A stretch of DNA of 64,000 bases, taken from an uncultured Lachnospiraceae bacterium. GTDB taxonomy: Bacteria > Bacillota > Clostridia > Lachnospirales > Lachnospiraceae. Each line of letters opens with the position of its first letter. Position 1 is the stretch's first letter. The translations under genes and the position numbers were made by a program. The notes beneath the pieces are model-generated. The model worked only from the letters and a program-made list of their open reading frames with translations, did not search any database and was not told where the DNA came from. The stretch spans positions 22,600 through 86,599 of the forward strand of contig CALAWD010000076.1 of the NCBI GenBank assembly GCA_937894905.1, written 5' to 3'. This document shows, in pieces, positions 20,451 through 30,124 of this stretch.

Positions 20451-21338
20451 ATGTCGGCAATCGATGTAAAACTGAATGTTTTTGAAGGACCACTTGATCT
20501 GCTCCTTCATCTGATCGAAAAGAATAAAGTGAATATTTATGATATACCGATTGTAACGATCACAGAGCAATATCTGGATTATGTGAATCATATGGAGGAG
20601 GAAGATCTGGATGTTATGAGTGAGTTCCTTGTAATGGCGGCAACCCTGATCCGTATCAAGTCCAAGATGCTTCTTCCGAAGGTAACAGAAGAGGATGAGG
20701 AGGAAGAGGATCCAAGAGATGAGCTTGTCCGCAGACTTTTGGAATACAAGATGTACAAATATGCAGCAAGTGAACTGAAAGATCTGGAGCTTGACGGTGC
20801 AAAGGCATTTTATAAAAAAGAGAGTATTCCTGCTGAAGTAAAGAATTTTAAGCCGACAGTAGATCCGATTGCGTTGATTTCAGAATATGACATTAATCTG
20901 GAGAAACTGAATGAGATATTCAAGTCTGTGATGCGAAAACAGGTTGAAAAGGTAGATCCGATCCGTAGTAAGTTCAAGAATATCGAGAGAGAGGAAATCT
21001 CACTTGAGGTAAAGATGGCAGAGGTTCGGGAACAGGTTCGAGGACTTGTCGGAATCAATTTCCGGACACTGCTTGAGATGCAGGCTTCGCGGTCAAATAT
21101 AATTGTAACATTTCTTGCAATCTTAGAGCTCATGAAGATCGGAGCAATCCAGATACGACAGGAGAAAATATTTGGAGAGATCATCATAGATTCCAAGGAC
21201 GATATTGAAACATATGAATTGGACGGCTTGAATTCCGATGCATATAAAACAGGTATAAATGCTTCGGGATTCACAGAAAAAGACGCAGAGAACAGTCATC
21301 AGGCAGATGATGAATCAGATGGTACAGAACGAGGATAA
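20451..21338 (+). CDS. scpA: Segregation/condensation protein A (kleisin)
   Basis: FEGPLDLLLHLI, FLVMAATL.RIKSKMLLP, TFLAILEL. Confidence 0.95.
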   Translation: MSAIDVKLNVFEGPLDLLLHLIEKNKVNIYDIPIVTITEQYLDYVNHMEEEDLDVMSEFLVMAATLIRIKSKMLLPKVTEEDEEEEDPRDELVRRLLEYKMYKYAASELKDLELDGAKAFYKKESIPAEVKNFKPTVDPIALISEYDINLEKLNEIFKSVMRKQVEKVDPIRSKFKNIEREEISLEVKMAEVREQVRGLVGINFRTLLEMQASRSNIIVTFLAILELMKIGAIQIRQEKIFGEIIIDSKDDIETYELDGLNSDAYKTGINASGFTEKDAENSHQADDESDGTERG

Positions 21339-21339
21339 G

Positions 21340-22098
21340 ATGGGTATGGGTGAGATAAAAGAGAACGAAGCAGCAAGTAATTTAAAAGAATATGATAGTG
21401 ATGAGAGCAGCAAGGCTGACACATTTAAAGCAGAACAGTCAGATCTGTCAGAATCAGTTGAAAAAGAGATGACATCAGAGAATGCAAAAGAACAGCCGGT
21501 TACTTATAAAGAATACAGTACAGATTATCTGGTATCCGTGGTTGAGGCAATATTGTTTTCCATCGGAGAATCCGTGTCAGTAGACGGACTTGCAAAAGCG
21601 CTTGATATGGAGACAAAGAAGCTGTCCAATCAGATGGAAGAAGTGCTTGAAATTTACAATCAGTCGGATCGCGGCATCAAGATGGTAGAACTTGAAAATG
21701 CTTATCAGTTATGTACCAGAAATGAATATTATGATGTACTGACAAAAGTTGTCTGTACACCGAAGAAGCCGAATCTGACAGATGTACTTCTTGAAACTTT
21801 ATCAATCGTAGCTTATAAACAGCCGATCACCAGACCGGAGATCGAAGCTATCCGTGGAGTATCCTGTGCGCATGCGATCAATAAGTTGATGGAATATGGA
21901 TTGGTAGATGAGGTTGGACGTCTGGATGCACCGGGACGTCCGATTCTGTTTGGAACGACGGAGGAATTCCTGCGAAGTTTTGGTGTTGCATCTACGGAAG
22001 AACTTCCGATGATCAGTCCGGATAAGATCGAGGATTTCAAGAAAGAAGCGCAGGAAGAGGCAAACGAGATCACACTTGGTTTGGATAATGAGGCATAA
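21340..22098 (+). CDS. scpB: Segregation/condensation protein B with acidic N-terminal extension
   Basis: EAILF, LETLSIVAYKQPITR.EIE.IRGV, GRP.LFGTT..FL. Confidence 0.94.
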   Translation: MGMGEIKENEAASNLKEYDSDESSKADTFKAEQSDLSESVEKEMTSENAKEQPVTYKEYSTDYLVSVVEAILFSIGESVSVDGLAKALDMETKKLSNQMEEVLEIYNQSDRGIKMVELENAYQLCTRNEYYDVLTKVVCTPKKPNLTDVLLETLSIVAYKQPITRPEIEAIRGVSCAHAINKLMEYGLVDEVGRLDAPGRPILFGTTEEFLRSFGVASTEELPMISPDKIEDFKKEAQEEANEITLGLDNEA

Positions 22099-22152
22099 AA
22101 CAGCCGGATACAGAATATATTTTTATGAATGAAGAATATATCTGGTGATGAT

Positions 22153-23511
22153 ATGGCTGGAACATATAAAAAATATCATAAAAAAAGAATGAAACCTGCG
22201 GGAAGAATGAAACAAAAGATTCCGGCAGGTTTTCTGTTTGCATGGCTTCTGACAGCAGCCGTGCTGCTTGGTTCCGTGATTCCTGTAAAAGCGTTAAATA
22301 TGCCCGTATGGCAGATAGCATATTATCGAACTGAGAACATCAGGCAGGATAATAATTTCAGCCGGGCGGTTCCAGAGGTGAAGCTGTCGGACAATGATCT
22401 TCATGCTTTATCAGCTGTCCTGATGGACGGTAATAATGGCAGGGTGCTGTATGATAAAGCAGGTGAGAAAATACGTGCAAACGCCAGTACTACGAAGATC
22501 TTAACCTGTATCCTTGCATTAGAATATGGAGATCCGGATGATGATGTTGTTGTATCTTCTTATGCTGCAAAGATGCCGGATGTTCAGTTAAATATCAAGG
22601 AGGGAGAAGAATATCGGTTAAAGGATCTGCTTTATTCGCTGATGCTTGAAAGTCATAATGACAGTGCAGTCGCCATCGCGGAACATATCGGTGGAAGTGT
22701 GGAAGCATTTTCCGGTCTGATGAATCAGAAAGCAAAGAATATTGGTTGTATAAATACACATTTTATTACGCCAAATGGTTTAGACGCAAAGGATGAACAT
22801 GGAATCCATGGAACGACAGCAGAGGATCTTGCACGGATCATGCGGTATTGTATCCGAGAGTCTCCGAAGCGGGAACAGTTCCTTGCCATAACGAGAACTG
22901 CTTCATATGCCTTTACTAATATAGGGGGGACGAGAAGCTTTAGTTGTAATAATCATAATGCATTTCTGAATATGATGGATGGCGCGCTGACTGGAAAGAC
23001 CGGTTTTACCGGCTCAGCAGGATATTGTTATGTCGGAGCACTGGAGCGGAATGGAAAATTACTGATTGTTGCTCTGCTTGGCTGTGGGTGGCCGGGAAAT
23101 AAGACCTATAAATGGGCGGATACAAAAAAATTAATGAATTACGGACTGACGAATTATCAGGAGCATGTAATTACGGATGATATACTTCAAAAGAATAAGA
23201 TTCCGGTTTCGCCGGATTCTGTTTATAGAAAGATGAAAGATGAAGATATAGAAGCAGTTGGCTGGGAATGCTATTTTTCGGAAACTCTGCTTTTGCGGGC
23301 GGATGAACAGATATCTGTCAGGTATCTGCTGCCGGAGTATCTGGAATGCCCGATATATGCAGGAATGCAGGCAGGCTCAGTGGTGTTGTCAATTGATGGA
23401 AAAGCATTTGCGATCTATCCGGTGATAATCACAGAAAATGTTCAAGGTGAATCTGTGCATGATTTTATAAAGAAATATATAAAAGACTACATAGGCAGGA
23501 ATTTTTCCTGA
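22153..23511 (+). CDS. D-alanyl-D-alanine carboxypeptidase (DacB-like, peptidase S11); start uncertain
   Basis: STTK, SHN and KTG motifs; N-terminal hydrophobic segment. Confidence 0.88.
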   Translation: MAGTYKKYHKKRMKPAGRMKQKIPAGFLFAWLLTAAVLLGSVIPVKALNMPVWQIAYYRTENIRQDNNFSRAVPEVKLSDNDLHALSAVLMDGNNGRVLYDKAGEKIRANASTTKILTCILALEYGDPDDDVVVSSYAAKMPDVQLNIKEGEEYRLKDLLYSLMLESHNDSAVAIAEHIGGSVEAFSGLMNQKAKNIGCINTHFITPNGLDAKDEHGIHGTTAEDLARIMRYCIRESPKREQFLAITRTASYAFTNIGGTRSFSCNNHNAFLNMMDGALTGKTGFTGSAGYCYVGALERNGKLLIVALLGCGWPGNKTYKWADTKKLMNYGLTNYQEHVITDDILQKNKIPVSPDSVYRKMKDEDIEAVGWECYFSETLLLRADEQISVRYLLPEYLECPIYAGMQAGSVVLSIDGKAFAIYPVIITENVQGESVHDFIKKYIKDYIGRNFS

Positions 23512-23597
23512 TCCGGCTGTAAAAATTCAACAATCAGAAACAGAATGAATTATACATCTGACAGAAGTAAGCAAATCTATAAGTAGGAGGATATGAT

Positions 23598-24461
23598 TTG
23601 AGACAGTTTGTAGAAATAGGTGGAGATATGCGTTGTCACTATCAAATGGCATATTTAAAAGAACAGGGAGCACATGTCATAACATATAAAGTACCAGACT
23701 GTGAGAATGAATACAACGGCTGGGAAAAACTTTTTGAATCTCTCAGAAATAACGATGCAATTGAAAAAAAGATACTGTTATTACCTGTTCCGGTTATAAA
23801 GGATGAAATCCATATCAACGGATGTACAGAGCTTACGATAAAAGATATCGCAGACAGTCTTACAGCTTTTGATTTCGTATGTGGCGGTGTGCTTCCTTCC
23901 AGACTGACAGATGTCTGTACAGCAGCCGGCATACCATATTATGATTATATGAAGGATGACTGTGTGGCACTTAAGAATGCAGTAGCTACGGCAGAGGGGG
24001 CGATCGCTGAAAGCTTTATGATGAGTAATATTAATATTGAGAACAGCAAATGTCTGGTCACCGGCTATGGAAGATGTGGCCGTGTGCTTGCACAGAAGCT
24101 TCTTCGTATGGGTGCAGAGGTAACGGTTACAGCAAGAAGTGTGGAAGCTTGTATTAAGGCTGCGATGGGAGACTGCCATACGATCCTGTTAGATCAGCTT
24201 GGCGCGGATGCGGAGCTTGATCAGTTCGACTTTTGTTTTAATACCATACCAGCGCCTGTATTAAACCGGGATATTTTATCTGGATTTCGGCAGGATATAG
24301 TGATCCTTGATATCGCATCCAAACCCGGTGGAACAGATTTTTCCTATCTGGATGAACGTGGAATAATATACAAACATAGCCTTGGTATACCGGGACGGTA
24401 TTCGCCTAAGGCTTCAGGTGAGATCCTGGGGGAGGCGGTACTGGCGCATCTGCCATTTTAA
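23598..24461 (+). CDS. dpaA: Dipicolinate synthase subunit A
   Basis: GGDMR, NAVATAEGAI, GYGRCG, DIASKPGGTDF; AGGAGG SD plus TTG start. Confidence 0.9.
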   Translation: MRQFVEIGGDMRCHYQMAYLKEQGAHVITYKVPDCENEYNGWEKLFESLRNNDAIEKKILLLPVPVIKDEIHINGCTELTIKDIADSLTAFDFVCGGVLPSRLTDVCTAAGIPYYDYMKDDCVALKNAVATAEGAIAESFMMSNINIENSKCLVTGYGRCGRVLAQKLLRMGAEVTVTARSVEACIKAAMGDCHTILLDQLGADAELDQFDFCFNTIPAPVLNRDILSGFRQDIVILDIASKPGGTDFSYLDERGIIYKHSLGIPGRYSPKASGEILGEAVLAHLPF

Positions 24462-24601
24462 GGAACATATTCCAATATCCGGCATAATCTATAATGAACA
24501 TAAAATTACTCTGCAGGGGTATTTGTTTTATGGAATTATATATAAATTATCTATCAGAATGTTAATTTTATGGAATTCATAGAATGGAAAGGATTATAGA
24601 T

Positions 24602-25186
24602 ATGAGTTTATCAGGGTGCAATTGTGGCGTTGCAATAACCGGTTCTTTTTGTACTTTTGATAAAGTGAAGATAGAGATAGAAGAAATGACGAAAATGGGG
24701 ATATCGGTATATCCGATCTTTTCTGATCGTTCGGCGACATACGATACCAGATTTGGTAAGGGCGATGAATTTGTAAAAGACATTCAGAGGATCACAGGGA
24801 AGAAGGGAATCTTTACGATTCAGGAGGCAGAACCAATTGGGCCAAAGGCGTATCTGGATGTATTGGTTATTGCTCCATGTACAGGAAATACACTTGCAAA
24901 GCTGTGTAACGGTATAACGGATTCTCCTGTGCTGATGGCAGCAAAGGCACATATCAGGAATAATAAACCGCTGATTATCAGCATATCGACAAATGATGCC
25001 ATGGGGATGAATTTTAAGAATATCGGAATGCTTATGAATATGAAAAATATTTATTTCGTCCCATTTTATCAGGATGATCCTGTAAAGAAACCGAATTCCC
25101 TGATCGGAAAACTGTCCATGATACCGGATACGATAGAGGAGGCTTTAAAGGGGAAGCAGCTTCAGCCAGTATTATGTGACAAATGA
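24602..25186 (+). CDS. dpaB: Dipicolinate synthase subunit B
   Basis: TGSFCT, AEPIGP, APCTGNTLAKL, QDDP.KKPNSL, Q.QP. Confidence 0.94.
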   Translation: MSLSGCNCGVAITGSFCTFDKVKIEIEEMTKMGISVYPIFSDRSATYDTRFGKGDEFVKDIQRITGKKGIFTIQEAEPIGPKAYLDVLVIAPCTGNTLAKLCNGITDSPVLMAAKAHIRNNKPLIISISTNDAMGMNFKNIGMLMNMKNIYFVPFYQDDPVKKPNSLIGKLSMIPDTIEEALKGKQLQPVLCDK

Positions 25187-25190
25187 AAAT

Positions 25191-25412
25191 GAGGGCTTGT
25201 TCCCTTGCGACTATGCATAATGCTTTATATATTACTCGACTCACTTCATTTCTATTCGACTCGCACACCTATTTGTCAGCAGTCGCCCAAACTCACCCTA
25301 ACGGGTTCAGACATGGGTTTGTGCTGACAGTAGTGCAAGTCTCATAATGAAATTACGCAAACATCAGTAATTTATATAGGGCATCATATTAAATTATAGG
25401 TTACATGCTCTT
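25191..25412 (+). other. Long nested inverted repeat: rod-like structured ncRNA or MITE-like element (unassigned)
   Basis: Series of nested complementary segments across ~220 nt, with several G-U pairs on the + strand. Confidence 0.65.
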
Positions 25413-25512
25413 TGTTTATTTTATAGGACGGCTCGTTTTTATAAGATAAATAATCTGTTGATAAGGAACGATAGAGTATCGGGCGGCTTTTTGTTCTGGT
25501 ATATAAGATATA

Positions 25513-25536
25513 AACACCCACCGGCTGGTGGGTGTT
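25513..25536 (-). terminator. Hairpin terminator after asnB
   Basis: AACACCCACC-GGCT-GGTGGGTGTT perfect 10-bp stem 4 nt past the stop. Confidence 0.65.
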
Positions 25537-25540
25537 ATGG

Positions 25541-27397
25541 TCAGAGTTCGATGGAGATCCGGTATTCTTTCAGCCAGAAATTGATCTGTAATAAGTATGC
25601 CATCATCTGTGGACCGGCCATCAGCTGGCCGTACCATGGCTTTCCATAATCTTTTGGAGATTTCAAAAACTGCATGACTGCTTTCTGATCAAGAAACTGG
25701 TTAACCGGACTTGATGTATCATAGATTACTTCTTTTAAACGGTCTGCAAGAATTATTTCATAGAGCGGGTTGTAGGTCTTTGGATATGGACTTTTCTTTC
25801 GGAACAGAATCTCATTCGGTACGAGATTTACGGCAGCATGGCGAAGCAGGCTTTTCTCTGTCTGATTTCTGTATTTATATTCCCACGGAACATTGAAGAC
25901 GTATTGCAGAAGATGAATGTCTGCAAATGGAACTCTGGCTTCCAGACCGTTATACATACTGGTACGATCCATACGGTCAAGCAGGGTCTGCATAAACATT
26001 CGAATGTTCATATAGCCGATCCGGCGGCGGGATTTTTCGATATCCGATTCCTCCGGCAGAACCGGGATCTCTGAGATGACCTGATGATAAAGGTTTTTCA
26101 CATAGTCCTCAATCTGCAGGCTGTCTGCGAATTCAGGTTTTAATAACTGCTTTCTGGGTGTAAGATCGATCATCCACGGAAAGGTATCGGACTGAAGCAG
26201 ATCTTCCCGGTAGAACCATGGATATCCTCCAAATATCTCATCTGCACATTCACCGGTCAAAACGACCTTGTTGTGTTCGGATACCAGTTTACAGAAATAC
26301 AATAAAGAAGAGTCGACATCTGCCATAGTTGGCTGATCTCTTGACAGAACCGAGTCATAGAGCAGATCGGCAAGCTCTTCCATGTTACAGGTTAAATAAT
26401 GATGGGAAGTTCCAAGATAGGATACCATCTGATCAACATAGGGGCGATCCTGTTCCGGTTGAAATGCATTTGACTTAAAATAACGTGCATTATCTGTGAA
26501 GTCAAAGGAATAGGTATCAAGCACCTGCCCGCGTTCTTTTAATTCATTTGCACAGACCGCACTTACGATCGAGGAATCAATACCTCCTGACAGGAATGTA
26601 CAGATCGGAACATCGGATACAATCTGGCGCTTGATCGCATTTTTCAGCAGTTCAGCAGTTTTTTCAATTGTTGTCTGATAATCGTCTGAATGTGGAATAC
26701 TCTTTATTCTGAAATAACAGGCCATGGATTGACCGAATCGGTCGTACCGTAGATAATATCCTGGTTTGAGTTCATTGATTTCTTTGAATACACCATATCC
26801 CGGAGTTTTGGATGGACCGATCGCGAAGATTTCGCATAGTCCTTTTTTATCTAACTTTGGTTTGATGTCCGGATAACAAAACAATGCTTTCCTTTCTGAA
26901 GCAAATACAAGCGTCTCGTCAGGAAGAAACGTATAGTAGAGTGGTTTTACCCCGAATGGGTCACGGTAAAGAAAGATGGACTGCTCCGTATGGTCATAGA
27001 TTGCAAAGGCAAAAATTCCATTTACCTTTTCTACAAAATCGGGGCCGTAGTATATGTAGGAGAGCAGCAGAACTTCAGTGTCTGATGTTGTGGAAAAACT
27101 GTATTCATGTGAGATAAGAGGCTGTTTAAGTTCATCTGTATTATAGATCTCACCGTTAAATACAATTGTAAAGCTTCTGCCCGCAACCGTACGGGTCATT
27201 GGCTGGATACCAGATTTGATATCACGGATGGATAATCTTGTATGGGACAGACCGCAGGTATCTGTCAGAAAGATACCATCATCATCCGGCCCGCGGTGTT
27301 TTTGTTTTATGTTCATGTCAGATAAAATACTTCGAAAATGATTTTCTGATTCAGTATATCTGCCATGTAGATTATAGAATCCAGAGATAGAACACAT
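25541..27397 (-). CDS. asnB: Asparagine synthetase (glutamine-hydrolysing), AsnO-like
   Basis: Cys2 Ntn start MCSISG, HRGPD, NGEIYN, LSGGIDSS, GECADEIFGGY. Confidence 0.94.
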   Translation of the reverse strand: MCSISGFYNLHGRYTESENHFRSILSDMNIKQKHRGPDDDGIFLTDTCGLSHTRLSIRDIKSGIQPMTRTVAGRSFTIVFNGEIYNTDELKQPLISHEYSFSTTSDTEVLLLSYIYYGPDFVEKVNGIFAFAIYDHTEQSIFLYRDPFGVKPLYYTFLPDETLVFASERKALFCYPDIKPKLDKKGLCEIFAIGPSKTPGYGVFKEINELKPGYYLRYDRFGQSMACYFRIKSIPHSDDYQTTIEKTAELLKNAIKRQIVSDVPICTFLSGGIDSSIVSAVCANELKERGQVLDTYSFDFTDNARYFKSNAFQPEQDRPYVDQMVSYLGTSHHYLTCNMEELADLLYDSVLSRDQPTMADVDSSLLYFCKLVSEHNKVVLTGECADEIFGGYPWFYREDLLQSDTFPWMIDLTPRKQLLKPEFADSLQIEDYVKNLYHQVISEIPVLPEESDIEKSRRRIGYMNIRMFMQTLLDRMDRTSMYNGLEARVPFADIHLLQYVFNVPWEYKYRNQTEKSLLRHAAVNLVPNEILFRKKSPYPKTYNPLYEIILADRLKEVIYDTSSPVNQFLDQKAVMQFLKSPKDYGKPWYGQLMAGPQMMAYLLQINFWLKEYRISIEL

Positions 27398-27425
27398 AGT
27401 TAACTCATTTCATGTTTTTCGTATA

Positions 27426-27455
27426 ATTGTATGATATATATTTAGTCATTATTCC
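27426..27455 (-). promoter_or_regulatory. sigmaE-like promoter of asnB
   Basis: Minus strand GGAATA-16 nt-CATACAAT. Confidence 0.6.
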
Positions 27456-27466
27456 TAAAAAATGCG

Positions 27467-27495
27467 TTGACTTTTTTTCTCATTTATGCTAAAAT
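27467..27495 (+). promoter_or_regulatory. sigmaA promoter of the T-box-ilvBN operon
   Basis: TTGACT-17-TAAAAT with extended TG. Confidence 0.75.
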
Positions 27496-27514
27496 GATAA
27501 AAGTTTATATGTCA

Positions 27515-27800
27515 AATGCAATGACAAGGAGGAGTACATATAGGACCGGTTTCCAGAGAGAAGATGGTGGTGAGAATCTTCAGCTAGGATATATGGAAGT
27601 AGCCTTCGAGCAGTGGACTGAAAAGTACAGTTTTATAAGAAGTGCTGAGTAGGATTCAACGGATTTCCCCGTTACAGGAATACGATATGACACAGGCAGG
27701 ACCTGTAAGTATTGAATGAGAGCAGGCAAGACCTGAATTTAGGTGGTACCACGGATATGATTATTCGCCCTAAGCTGATTATACGGCTTAGGGCTTTTTT
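27515..27800 (+). promoter_or_regulatory. T-box riboswitch, Val (GUA) specifier
   Basis: Stem I AGTA...AGAGA...GGTGAGA...GAA-GTA-G; T-box AATTTAGGTGGTACCACGG; terminator GCCCTAAGCTG...CGGCTTAGGGCTTTTTT. Confidence 0.93.
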
Positions 27801-27864
27801 AGTGGAAAGAAAAGGCTCTTCTGAGAAATTTATTTGAATGACAATTTAAAGGAGGATATAGGTT

Positions 27865-29589
27865 ATGGAGATTAATGGAGCACAGATGTTTGTAAAAGCA
27901 TTGCAGGAAGAACATGTTGATACACTGTTTGCCTATCCGGGTGGAACAGCGATCGACTTATTTGACGCATTATATGATGCAGAGGGGATCGATATGATCC
28001 TTCCAAGACATGAGCAGGCGCTCGTTCATGCAGCGGATGGGTATGCAAGATCGACCGGACAGGTTGGTGTATGTCTGGTTACCAGTGGACCTGGCGCAAC
28101 GAACCTCGTTACGGGAATTGCAACTGCAAATTATGACAGCGTCCCGCTTGTATGCTTTACCGGACAGGTGCCGATGAATCTTATCGGTAATGATGCCTTT
28201 CAGGAGGTTGATATCGTAGGTATCACAAGAAGCATCTGCAAATATGCAGTAACAGTCAGAAAGAGAGAAGATCTGGCAAGGATCATTAAAAATGCATTTT
28301 ATATCGCAAGAACCGGTAAACCGGGACCTGTACTCGTTGATATACCAAAGGATATCCAGCTTGCAATGGGTTCGGATGAATATCCGGATGAAGTAAATAT
28401 CAGAGGATATAAGCCATCGGAGGGCGTACATTCCGGTCAGCTTAAGAAAGCACTGGCAGAATTAGATCGTGCAAAAAAACCGGTATTTCTGATCGGGGGC
28501 GGTGTCAATATCGCACATGCAAGAAAAGAAATGCAGGAATTATGTGAATTAACAGGAGTTCCTGTTGTTACTACGATCATGGGTAAGGGTGCGATCCCGA
28601 CTGATCATCCATTATATGTTGGTAATATTGGTATGCATGGAAATCTTGCATCCAATAAAGCAATCATGGAATGTGATGTTTTATTCTCGATCGGAACCAG
28701 ATTCAATGACCGAATCACAGGAACGATCGACACATTTGCGAAGAATGCGAAGATCATACATATTGATATTGACGCAGCATCGATTTCCAGAAATATAGAG
28801 GTAGATATCCCGATTGTAGCAGATGCAAAGCTTGCGATCACAAAGATGTTAAAATATGCGAAGAAATTAGACATATCCGATTGGGTAGATGAGATTATGG
28901 AAGTAAAGAAACAGTATCCGATCAACATGAATTCCTATAAAGGGGTTACACCTGAGAAGATCATTAAGACGATCAATGAGATGTATGATGATCTTATCAT
29001 TACGACAGATGTAGGACAGAATCAGTTATGGACGACACAGTATATCGCACTTGGCGGAGAGAATCAGCTCTTAACCTCCGGCGGTCTTGGTACGATGGGA
29101 TATGGACTTCCTGCAGCCATCGGTGCAAAGATTGGTAACCCGGATAAGAATGTTATCTGTATCTCCGGTGATGGTGGTATCCAGATGAATATTCAGGAGA
29201 TGGCAACGGCAGTTGCACAGGAGCTTCCGATCACGATCTGTATATTAAATAATGGATATCTTGGAAATGTACGTCAGTGGCAGGAGCTGTTCTTTAATAA
29301 GCGTTACAGCAGCACCTGCCTGAGATACAGAAAAAGCTGTAATCACGACTGCCAGAATCCGGACAAATGCTGTCCGAAGTATACACCGGATTTTGTAAAG
29401 CTGGCTGAAAGCTATGAAGCACTCGGAATCCGTGTGACAAAGGAAGAAGAGATCAAGGCAGCATTTGAGCAGGCAAAGGCAAATACAAAAGGACCTACAG
29501 TGATCGAGTTCTATATTGATCCGACAGCAAATGTATTCCCTATGGTACCGGGCGGAAAGTCATTAAATGATATGATCATGGATTGTTAA
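27865..29589 (+). CDS. ilvB: Acetolactate synthase large subunit
   Basis: RHEQ, TSGPGATN, RFNDR, GDG...NN TPP-binding motif. Confidence 0.95.
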   Translation: MEINGAQMFVKALQEEHVDTLFAYPGGTAIDLFDALYDAEGIDMILPRHEQALVHAADGYARSTGQVGVCLVTSGPGATNLVTGIATANYDSVPLVCFTGQVPMNLIGNDAFQEVDIVGITRSICKYAVTVRKREDLARIIKNAFYIARTGKPGPVLVDIPKDIQLAMGSDEYPDEVNIRGYKPSEGVHSGQLKKALAELDRAKKPVFLIGGGVNIAHARKEMQELCELTGVPVVTTIMGKGAIPTDHPLYVGNIGMHGNLASNKAIMECDVLFSIGTRFNDRITGTIDTFAKNAKIIHIDIDAASISRNIEVDIPIVADAKLAITKMLKYAKKLDISDWVDEIMEVKKQYPINMNSYKGVTPEKIIKTINEMYDDLIITTDVGQNQLWTTQYIALGGENQLLTSGGLGTMGYGLPAAIGAKIGNPDKNVICISGDGGIQMNIQEMATAVAQELPITICILNNGYLGNVRQWQELFFNKRYSSTCLRYRKSCNHDCQNPDKCCPKYTPDFVKLAESYEALGIRVTKEEEIKAAFEQAKANTKGPTVIEFYIDPTANVFPMVPGGKSLNDMIMDC

Positions 29590-29602
29590 GGAGGATGGAC
29601 AG

Positions 29603-30109
29603 ATGAATGGAAAAAAAAGATGGATATGTTTATATGTTGAAAACGAAATAGGTGTACTTGCAAGAATCTCCGGTCTGTTTTCCGGTAAATCCTATAACCT
29701 GAACAGCCTGACTGTAGGAGAGACAGAAGATACTACTGTATCCAGAATGACGATCAGTTTTACCAGTGATGGCCGTACTTTTGAGCAGGTGAAGAAGCAG
29801 TTGAACCGCAGTGTAGAAGTAATCAAGGTTGTTGACTATACGGATATTCCGATCCACAATAAAGAAATCTTATTTATTAAGGTGAAAGAATGCAATACCG
29901 ATGATAAGGATGAGGTGTTCCGCATTGCAAATGCATTTAACTTCAAGATCACAGATTATGACAGAAAGAATATTCTGGTAGAATGCTTACAGACAGAAAA
30001 TCAGAACAACGATGCAATCAAATTATTCAAGCAGAGTTTTCCAAACCGGATCGAAGTTGTTCGTGGAGGAAGCGTTGCGGTAGAAGCAATCAGTATGTCA
30101 GAACGTTAA
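29603..30109 (+). CDS. ilvN: Acetolactate synthase small subunit (divergent paralog)
   Basis: ACT domain VEN..GVLARISGLFS..SYN..SL.VG, KQLN. Confidence 0.9.
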   Translation: MNGKKRWICLYVENEIGVLARISGLFSGKSYNLNSLTVGETEDTTVSRMTISFTSDGRTFEQVKKQLNRSVEVIKVVDYTDIPIHNKEILFIKVKECNTDDKDEVFRIANAFNFKITDYDRKNILVECLQTENQNNDAIKLFKQSFPNRIEVVRGGSVAVEAISMSER

Positions 30110-30124
30110 AGGGGATAAAAAATT

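Noticed and set aside
19830..20591. 253-aa minus-strand ORF and the many other antisense or alternate-frame ORFs in the track
   Set aside because: They are shadows of well-supported genes, with no recognisable motifs or SD sequences
25191..25412. Hammerhead ribozyme or CRISPR array in the structured intergenic region
   Set aside because: No CUGAUGA/GAAA core on either strand and no repeat-spacer periodicity
27467..27652. 61-aa ORF upstream of ilvB as a leader peptide
   Set aside because: It starts at the -35 box and overlaps T-box stem I; there is no run of branched-chain codons
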